DNA of 64,000 nucleotides. Source: Octopus bimaculoides (lineage: Eukaryota). Below, one piece after another: positions 54,634 through 64,000 of this stretch (position 1 is its first letter; each line of letters starts with the position of its first letter). The DNA is taken from assembly GCF_001194135.2 (NCBI RefSeq), contig NC_068984.1, positions 35,092,083-35,156,082 on the forward strand, written 5' to 3'. The position numbers and the translations under genes were made by a program. The notes beneath the pieces are model-generated. The model was not told the origin of the DNA, did no database searches, and worked only from the letters and a program-made list of their open reading frames with translations.

Positions 54634-55217
54634 TTTGTCTCTCTCACCAAGGTCATCAGCTGTCGAACGCCGACGAAGGGAAATAACCCTGAAATCCGGA
54701 TACGTTCGTGCTGCTGGTCGAGGTGAGAGGGATAACTCCCTTGGCAAACAGGACACAGTCGTGTGTCGATAAGCCAGCTGGAGGAGATGTCCTCCTGGAG
54801 CTAAAAGCAACAGTAACATCCACCCCTAGGGGTCAGCCACACTTAAGTGGCAATATACTACACTTTATCGTGCAGTTACTGTTAATACTTCATTTAGAGA
54901 ATTAACATTGCTTATATATATATATATATANNNNNNNNNNTTTGTCTCTCTCACCAAGGTCATCAGCTGTCGAACGCCGACGAAGGGAAATAACCCTGAA
55001 ATCCGGATACGTTCGTGCTGCTGGTCGAGGTGAGAGGGATAACTCCCTTGGCAAACAGGACACAGTCGTGTGTCGATAAGCCAGCTGGAGGAGATGTCCT
55101 CCTGGAGCTAAAAGCAACAGTAACATCCACCCCTAGGGGTCAGCCACACTTAAGTGGCAATATACTACACTTTATCGTGCAGTTACTGTTAATACTTCAT
55201 TTAGAGAATTAACATTG

Positions 55218-55237
<20 letters not shown>
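54634..55237 (+). repeat. Identical 297-bp tandem duplication across a 10-N gap (probable assembly artefact)
   Basis: 54634-54930 equals 54941-55237 (offset 307), with no differences seen. The N-gap is 54931-54940. Confidence 0.85.
54664..54708 (+). ncRNA. Minimal type-I hammerhead ribozyme with palindromic helix III
   Basis: Helix I CGAACG/CGUUCG (6/6), core CCGACGA (U4>C), helix II AGGG-AAAUAA-CCCU, GAA, loop-less palindrome AUCCGGAU. Predicted cleavage 3' of A54702. Confidence 0.8.
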
Positions 55238-55255
<18 letters not shown>

Positions 55256-56323
55256 CATTGTATCAATTCTCTCCGCGAACATTTTTTATAACATTCCAAA
55301 ACAATGATACTCTAATATACATTTGCGTGTAGCTAAGTGTGTGTGATTATGTGATTATGTGCGTACTTTTCTTTATTTGATGCCTGTTAGTGTTATAATC
55401 AATTCTCCGGCGTTTTTTGTGTATTCCTCTTTTTTTACAGAATATTTATTAGTTCAGAGCTATATGTATCACAGGATTCTTATCAAGAGCCACGGCTTCC
55501 AACTATCATCAAAGTACGGATTCTTTTGTCTTGAAGTCTACTGGACCATTCTGGCAAAAGAAAACAATGCCACAACAAAAGTAATCTTTGATGATACAAT
55601 CGATATCAGTTCATTTTAACGATTTAAGTGATGTACGTATATATATNNNNNNNNNNNNNNNNNNNNNNNNNNNNNNNNNNNNNNNNNNNNNNNNNNNNNN
55701 NNNNNNNNNNNNNNNNNNNNNNNNNNNNNNNNNNNNNNNNNNNNNNNNNNNNNNNNNNNNNNNNNNNNNNNNNNNNNNNNNNNNNNNNNNNNNNNNNNNN
55801 NNNNNNNNNNNNNNNNNNNNNNNNNNNNNNNNNNNNNNNNNNNNNNNNNNNNNNNNNNNNNNNNNNNNNNNNNNNNNNNNNNNNNNNNNNNNNNNNNNNN
55901 NNNNNNNNNNNNNNNNNNNNNNNNNNNNNNNNNNNNNNNNNNNNNNNNNNNNNNNNNNNNNNNNNNNNNNNNNNNNNNNNNNNNNNNNNNNNNNNNNNNN
56001 NNNNNNNNNNNNNNNNNNNNNNNNNNNNNNNNNNNNNNNNNNNNNNNNNNNNNNNNNNNNNNNNNNNNNNNNNNNNNNNNNNNNNNNNNNNNNNNNNNNN
56101 NNNNNNNNNNNNNNNNNNNNNNNNNNNNNNNNNNNNNNNNNNNNNNNNNNNNNNNNNNNNNNNNNNNNNNNNNNNNNNNNNNNNNNNNNNNNNNNNNNNN
56201 NNNNNNNNNNNNNNNNNNNNNNNNNNNNNNNNNNNNNNNNNNNNNNNNNNNNNNNNNNNNNNNNNNNNNNNNNNNNNNNNNNNNNNNNNNNNNNNNNNNN
56301 NNNNNNNNNNNNNNNNNNNNNNN

Positions 56324-56374
<51 letters not shown>

Positions 56375-57525
56375 CATACACATATATATATATTTACATG
56401 TATACGCGGTGTGTGCGCGCGCATATGTGTGTGTGTGTTTACATTCTATATGCCTAAGTAAACTATCAATTATGCTTGCTTCGCAATTTTGGCTTTCAAT
56501 TAACGTTAAAACTCTGTATGTATTTCCTATATGTAATCACCGCATACAGATATAATACGTATAGTATATAAACACACACTAACCATTTCATTGCCGAATA
56601 ATTTTATTTCATGTTTATTGATCTTTACCTTCTCAATAGCTTTTGCTCTACAGAATGTCTATATTTGTTTTCTTTTGCTGTTTTCTCCTGAATAAACAAT
56701 CGAGCGATTCGGAAATTTACTCTGTAGCTGAAACATACTTGTATCACATGTTATATATTTAGCTAATCGGAAAGACTTACACAGAGAGTGATGGAGAAAA
56801 ATAACATAGAAAAATACGATAAGTAAGTGGAAAGAAATTTGCTTGTAAATGGTTCGTTTTCTTTGTTCATCATTTCTTTTGTTTGTTAATGTTTCGTTTC
56901 GACCACTTTTTGTCGTAAATTGTGATGCTGAAGAATTGTAAAGTGATTTCTGAGATACAAATAAAAGCTAAAATAAAGTGAGAATAATACATTAGTAGGA
57001 AATTATAGGAAATCTATTCCAATATTCAGCTTGAAATCAATTCCTTTTTATTTATCTTTCTTTGGGCCAACTGAGAAGCTTATTCCTGGTCCCTTGATGT
57101 GCTGGAAATAGCAGCTGAATTTCTTTTCAATTAAAGCTTAGTTTCTTGAAAAAGTCATTATGGATTTGTGTTTCACTGATTTATCATGTTTTTCTAATCA
57201 TCAATTTTTTGGCCATGGCTTTAATTATAAATCTGCACAAAGAATATGCAAGGGCTTAAAACAGAGAAACATTCGTTCATTTTACTTTAAGTTGCATTAT
57301 TTGTTCTGACCACTGGTTTATTTTTTTCTTTTTCTGATGCTTCTAAAATTATGTGGACTCTTATGTCATAATCGGATGAAGACGTTTAATGTGTTATTTA
57401 TTGATATTGAAATAGCTGTGCTCATACAAATCTAGTGGAAACCTTACACTCATGCAAGTATACTCTCGAATTACCATAGACATACGCATACGTAATTTAA
57501 AATTGCTACGTATATATACATACAT

Positions 57526-57567
<42 letters not shown>

Positions 57568-58589
57568 GTATATATATGCGCGTGTGTATACATTTATATA
57601 AGGATAGAAACAGTGATAGTAATGTGTGACGTATTTGTCTGTAGATATAATTGTCAAAACCTTCGTGGCCTTATTTATACTTGTATTACATTAAGATAAA
57701 TAATATGTGCTTCTGCGGATGTACACTCTCAGGCAGTAAAGCCTTTTGTGTTTGAATGACTCATGGACTTACCTAATATCGGTTTTGCTTGAAAAATAAT
57801 TACCTCCATCTTAACATCTTTATCTTGGGATATTCTCATCTTGCTAACATTCAGACGCCGCTGCGATACACCGTTCGTGTTCGTTTAACATCACATCTTA
57901 ACAGTTCATGAAATTTTATATTCAATATATTTTCCTTGAGTGTGCGTAGTGGTCGTTTATTTTATTTATTTATTTATTTTTGTTCTGTAAAAACACACTC
58001 AAAAAATTCTGTAACATGGTAATATATTTTACCATAGATGATGATAAACGAAGTTACTGAATTTTACGATTGTCCAGATCTTTTATGTTGCTGAAAGTAA
58101 GTAATGCTAGTTATGTTAGATGTCGCTCACTTACGTGTGTAAGCCTCTTGCTCCAGCATGGCTGCAGTCAAACGATTGAAACATGTAAAAGAATAAAATA
58201 ATAAAATAATAGCTTACTATGTGCAAAATTGTTGCCTATCAATAGTTATCCACCAACTAGCATATGCACAGTGATAAGATGTGTTAAGGTTTGATAGAAG
58301 CAGTCTCGTGAGTGTGAAATGATTTTAGAAGCTCATCATAAAATAAGACTTGGTGAATAGAATGAGAAAATCATAACCATTGCAGTTTCTGATAAAACAC
58401 ATCGAAACACATCTGTTTCCTCCTTCTCCACTGACGCTGAACTACCAGACTCCGTAGATACATCAATGCCTCCTTCGATTAAAATTCAAACCCTACAGAA
58501 TAACCTAGAATAAGAAAAAAGGAACCCAATATCATATCACTTCTTGCAGAAAGTAATAATCATTTCGACTATGGGCACAATGCCAGCAA

Positions 58590-60015
58590 TTTGGCGGATT
58601 TACAAAAGGATAAGATTGAATCATCTTCTCACCATCGAAGACAGAACAGCAAATTCCCGTATTAAACGAAATAGAAAACTTCGTAAACGCTCGATACATC
58701 TCTGCAAGTGAAGGATTATGGAAGTTGTATGGATTTTTCATACACCAAAAGCATCCTATAATCAAAAAGCTATCGTGTCATTTACTTGATGAGCAGACTG
58801 TACGATTCGACTCGACTTCTGTCGCTGCGGCTGTGAAACGCAGATCACTGATAACTAAACTGACAGCTTATTTTCAAACAAACAAACACGACGAAAAAGC
58901 CCGACAGATTTTAAACCAAGATCTTCTTAAATATAACACCTGGAACAATAAAACCAAGTGGTGGCAAAAGCGAAAACGAGGTACAACAAATGATAATGCT
59001 GACGTCAAACTGATACTATCGGACGAATACCAACCATGCCATATAGTGCTCATCTATCAGAACTGTTTAACATTTGGATACTCCTTGACCATGTATTAAA
59101 GGTGCAACTAGCCGTGGAGGAAAATATATGTTCAATATTTCAGGAGGCATGCACGAAACCTAGACTGATATCGGACGACCAAGAAATACGCCCTGCGATG
59201 CAGAAAACTGCTAGTATTCGCGTCGGGAATTCTCTGCGCGTCTTCTTCGCCATCATGTCAATTTACTGCCGGCCACCTGGTCCAGTGAACTTTTGGGAGG
59301 AGTGGAAAACTGAACTAAGACGAGACGTCATGCAAAGAAGCAATATTAAAGATCTTACCTCTCGCATTGGAAATGAAATAGTGAATCGTCTGCAGGAACG
59401 AATGCAAAGGGATGAACTTGAACTCGTTCGAGATTTCCAGCTGCCTCAACCTGAATATAACGAAACCAGTCAACTACTGCCAAAAATTATCGCAGAAAAA
59501 TGTAACTATGACACAGAGTGTCTTCGAATAATGTTTACTGATGTCTACAATACTCTAAATACTGACCAAAAGCACAACTTTGATACGGTTGTAAAATATG
59601 TTTTACAATAACAAGAAAACAAGGTTTTCGCCTTGAGCGCGAGTGGTGGAACTGGTAAAGCATATTTATCAATGCCACCATAGAATTTCTACGTTTGGAG
59701 AAAAATCGTACTTACCACCGCTCTATCTGGCATTGCGGAAACATGGCTGCACAATAACCGGACATTTCATTCACTGTTCAAAATACCTGAGTCCTACTGT
59801 AATGTGTCAATTCAGGATGCACCTTCAGAATGACCAATCTAATAATTGTTGATGATGTCAGCCAAAGTAACAAGCTCATATACGAATGCTTGGATCGTTA
59901 CCTGCGTGATATCAGAGCGAACGAATACCTGTTTGGAGGAGTGTATGTTCTTTTTGAAGGTGACTGGAAGCAGATTATACCTGTTGTTAAACGTGGTAGT
60001 CGAGCCCAAATGGTG
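58590..60015 (+). mobile_element. Helitron RepHel fragment (end of Rep, linker and PIF1 helicase N-half), pseudogenised
   Basis: NEIENFVNARYISASEGLWKLYGF; TKLTAYFQTNKHDEKARQ...WNNKTKWWQKRKRG; FQEAC...LRVFFAIMSIYCRP; LNTDQKHNFD; ASGGTGK (Walker A, about 59637); TALSGIA..TFHSLFKIP; LIIVDDV (Walker B-like); FGGVYVLFEGDWKQIIPVV. Confidence 0.92.
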
Positions 60016-60790
60016 GTGGAGAACACTCCGCTCTAATGTGACCTTTCAGGCCACATTTATAACACGGAATCCTCCTTTCCACTCTAACCTTTAAAGTCGA
60101 CTCTCCCACTGTGATACTTTCGACCATTCAAAGGTTTGAATTTTCAACGCCTGTGGGGAAACTGGTGGCCTGCAGGACCAGCACTGTTTCCTCAATTCCT
60201 AGCAGTATAGCAGCCACCAGCCAAGCTACATCGACTTCTGATGGTATATCCTCCACCCTAACCCTGGACGCAAGTCTCCCAAGGTAAACGGGCAGAAGGA
60301 CAACCTCATTCGTTTCCAGTGATGTTGCTGAATGCAGCCTGGTGGTAACTACGTTTCCAAACCGCACCTCCTCCTTTCCAAATTTCTTTCCTCTGGCAAG
60401 GTACAAACTCCCTTGCCAGATTGGTCTCAACGCCTTTTCTATTTATATCGTCGACATATTTTCTATTTTTCTGGATTCCATTGAGTAAGTTCTATAAATT
60501 ACTGTTCTTTACGCAACTTCTTTCAAAACGTATTTGAGGGGAACACCTTCACCTCGTTCTCCTCCATTTTAAGCATTCCTTTAAACTTGTCTAAGTCCTT
60601 CAACCTTATTTCCTTGCACTTACCATCCGTCGCTGCAGCATAGCTTCTTTCTTCCAAATCCCTGTCTCTATTCTTCAAGCACTCTTCCATCTTATCCTCT
60701 GATGACACATATTCCGAGGAAGAGCAGGCTTCAATGCTCGAAACAAGCCTTCACTTTTTGTTCGACATCCCTCCATCACAAGAGAAAAAA
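60012..60790 (-). mobile_element. LINE (L1/Tx1-like) ORF1 remnant with intact CCHC zinc knuckle
   Basis: CYKCGLKGHIRAEC at 60064-60023, preceded by RVRVEDIPSEVDVAWLVAAILLG and an N-terminal SSEDKMEECL...RSYAAA segment. Stops and frameshifts are present. Confidence 0.75.
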
Positions 60791-60882
60791 CGTCGCACAG
60801 CCAATAAACACCCCGTCTCGTACAAAACCAACAAACTAAATGAATCCAGAGAAAAGAAGCAAGCTTCTTACCACACAGCCAA

Positions 60883-60973
<91 letters not shown>

Positions 60974-62597
60974 TATAATTCTTCCCACTACCACCATCAT
61001 TGAATGCTTCATTACAGCTATGCATTGTACAGCTTAAAATATAGTATTAGAATTTCCGAGTTTTTACCACCAATGAAAGCTACAAATATTTTAAGCTTTA
61101 TGTACACATCTTCAATATATTCCATAACACTTCCATTTCTTAGCTTATAAGTGCTTAGATAATTTCGAATATATAAGGATGATACAGATTCATGACGTTA
61201 TGAGTTGTTGTATTTTTAGTTCCTCTTTGCTCTTCATGTTTGGAAGCATTCATTATATTTGAAGTCTACAAAGAGGAGATTAATGACAATATTTTGTATA
61301 AGATGTCATTAAAATGAGACTTGGCAATCCATGAGAGGTACTTAAAGGACAATCTCATTAAGAGAACATACTTACTGAATAGTATGTTGCATCCACTAAA
61401 TGAGAAGTTGATTTACTAAAATAAACATACGACGACAGAACGAAGATAAACAGAAATTAAAAGATGAATATAGAGAAATAAATGTGGAGAATGAATTACA
61501 ATGTTATCATTCTAGTAATAAGACAAACATTTGTAGCAATAGTACTAACAACATCACAACTATTACCAATACCAAGAATAATAATACGGAAAATATTACT
61601 AAGTCTGTCGTTGTAGCCATAATGGCGCTAATAAAGACAATGAAGATAGAGAAACATATGTTTGAAAGGAAAAAGAAGACGTAAACAAACGCAAGACGTA
61701 GAGGTTAAAGAAGAATACACCAGTTCAAAGAGAAACTTATTGAGGCTATAATTGCCTAGAACAAGTGGCATGTTGAGATTTAGAACGAAGTAATCAAAAT
61801 AGCTAGAAATATTCTGTAGGAGATTGTCTCGTTAGGTTAAAGATGTACACACGAATATACAATTAGACTCGTCTCTCCCTCGCTCTTATTCTCTCTCACT
61901 TTCATTCTCTTTCGTTCTGTCTTTCTCACTTTCTTTTCTCTCTTTCTCTCGCTCTCCCTCTCTCCCTCTCTCTTTAAACCACACGTACAAGCAAATATAT
62001 GCAAGTGTATATCGTTTCTGATAATGTGAAAGATAGGATTATGAGAAATATGTTACTAAACTATTATTACCAGTTTTGCATGGTCCTTGTACACAGAGAA
62101 ATGCTTTTCTTTCCCCAAAATATCTTTTACAGATGAGGGGCTAAGCCACTACGCCTGTGGGAGGCAACAAGATGCAGAGGCAGTCAAGAATCAGACTTAC
62201 AAAATTTAAAATCTGAAAAATCACTCACACAAATTGTACTGGTTCCAGGGCTCTCGCAAATTGATGATTTTATATGTTTATGAAAACGATTAAGGAAAAC
62301 CTTGAGTATAAATATAGTAGCTCAATGAGGAATTGTGTCTCGTACCTCAGCTTTAGAAACTAGGGAGCTTGTTTGAAAAGTAAAACTATTATAACAAAAC
62401 TAAAATGATTATGACATTTGAAATAGAAACTTATCTTATTGCATGTACAGAAAACTGAAATAACAAATGATTGAAATGAAACTGTTTAGAAGTCTTCCAA
62501 ATACAATATATATATTTCAAAACCAATTGCATGCGTACGAATGCAAAATTATTCTTTAAAAGTAAATAAAGGAAAGGGATACCTACCTATTCACCAG

Positions 62598-62735
62598 GGC
62601 AAAGGTTCTCAACGGAGGTCATATAGCCTCCCCGGGGAAGCCATTTGAGATGGGCGTTTTGGAAGAAAGGGGAACTAGGGTGGCGTTAAGAGACATGGGT
62701 TGTGCTAGTGGAACGCTGGAAGACGCTCTGCTTAG
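62598..62735 (+). CDS. Candidate isolated internal exon (138 bp, phase 2-2), product unknown
   Basis: CTATTCACCAG acceptor and CTTAG|GTAAGT donor. One open frame, AKVLNGGHIASPGKPFEMGVLEERGTRVALRDMGCASGTLEDALL. GC-richer than its flanks. No homolog recognised. Confidence 0.3.
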
Positions 62736-63329
62736 GTAAGTTTAATTTGAAATTAGCAAGTAGTAGCCATATAATAATAATATATATCTATATTGGTCTG
62801 CGACAGTCAGTTTTCAATAAACATGCCATTTTACTTCAAATTTTCATTTCCTCTTTGACGACACCGGGTACCATGTGGAACTGGTGTCGCAAAAATGAAA
62901 CCCTCAAAACAAAAAACAAAAGTAGAGGAATAGTGACAGACGACTAAAAGAAAAATAAGTAATGAATAAAAGCGAAAAGATGAATGCGTGTGTATGTGTG
63001 CAAATATATAATGAATGGTGGTCAGAATTTTGGATCAAACTGGCTTTTAGGAGTGGCTAATAGGTATATATTAGTGTATGTGTGTGTGTATTTATGGGTA
63101 TGTTTGTATGTATATGATTCCGTGTGTTGCCGTTTTGAATTCTTTTCTGTGATTGAACTTAAATTGACTCCTGCCTATTAAAGACCCAACGACACACAGA
63201 AACACACACATTTGTTTTAAGTTTTGTACCGATTTGAATTGCGACTGTACATACACCAGATAACGTGGTAAGTGTTTTGTTGTGAAGTTTAAATTTTGAA
63301 TTTGTTTTAATTAGAAAATTACACCTCAG

Positions 63330-63490
63330 CTAAAAATTCCACCACGGAAAATCCTACCAGGTAAATTTCACCATTGGTAAATTCCACCACGGTGTATTCC
63401 CCCGTGGTAAATTATTATCATTATTATTATTATTATTATTCAGTAATTTTATTTTTATAACGTGCTTCATTTCACTTCTGTGTACCTTGC

Positions 63491-63539
<49 letters not shown>

Positions 63540-64000
63540 CATTATTATTATTATTATCATTATTATTATTATTATTGTTGTTATTATTATCATTATTATT
63601 ATTATTGTTGTTATTATTATCATTATTATTATTATTGTTGTTGTTGTTATTATCATTATTGTTATAGGGGTTACGATTTTATGGAAATAAAAACAGAATA
63701 CATAAAAATTATCAAAGTTAATGAATAAAAAATACGTTGAAAACGTTGTCAATGTATTTGAAGATTTGTCTGACGAGTAGACATCACTTCTGAGTTTATC
63801 ATCTATTTTGAGATTACATACATTGGGATTGCTTAGGGGGCGCGGTCCTCGTCGGCGAAGAGAAAACCCTCATTTTCCTATACAACTCTGGAATGTACGC
63901 GATCGCATCTTAAAGGACTTGCCCAAGATCAGATAATTGTTTAGAATGGTCCCACAATGCTTTGCGCTCATCACTAACATCCACACAACCAAATTTGTAG
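63330..64000 (+). mobile_element. MULE (Mutator-like) remnant: repeated subterminal motifs plus transposase C-terminal fragment
   Basis: SEFIIYFEITYIG...RGRGPRRRRENPHFPIQLWNVRDRILKDLP(R)SDNCLEWSHNALRSS matches the MULE pattern YFE.TYIG...FP..LWN...LPRTNN..EGWHN. AATTCCACCACGG and GGTAAATT motifs repeat at 63330-63415. Confidence 0.75.
63440..63490 (-). mobile_element. Very short repeat in (ATT)n, same as 16361-16401
   Basis: TCAGTAATTTTATTTTTATAACGTGCTTCATTTCACTTC, flanked by (ATT)n on both sides. Confidence 0.5.

Noticed and set aside
62133-62208. Strong acceptor TCTTTTACAG followed by DEGLSHYACGRQQDAEAVKNQTYKI*
   Set aside because: No donor was found, the frame is short and there is no homology, so it cannot be supported without transcripts.

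Overview
AT-rich eukaryotic DNA with very dense microsatellites and ten N-gaps. The SINE, LINE and microsatellite style points to an octopus (coleoid cephalopod) draft assembly; this is inferred by pattern recognition, not from a database. I found no intact protein-coding gene, no rRNA or tRNA gene and no CRISPR array, and nearly all long ORFs in the track are microsatellite or N artefacts. The window is mostly decayed transposons: many R4/Dong-like LINE fragments, Penelope-like elements (RT and GIY-YIG pieces), two CCHC-knuckle LINE ORF1 remnants, mariner, hAT, MULE and Helitron remnants, and at least four tRNA-derived SINE types. Three things stand out. (1) Several distinct minimal hammerhead-ribozyme motifs with loop-less palindromic helix III. 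The cleanest (54664-54708) sits in a short cassette with five further hairpins, and another lies in a ~150-nt element present twice. (2) Recurrent short-range inverted or templated duplications. (3) R4/Dong 3' ends abut trinucleotide microsatellites. One GC-richer symmetric candidate exon (62598-62735) is unassigned. All alignments and mismatch counts were made by eye.
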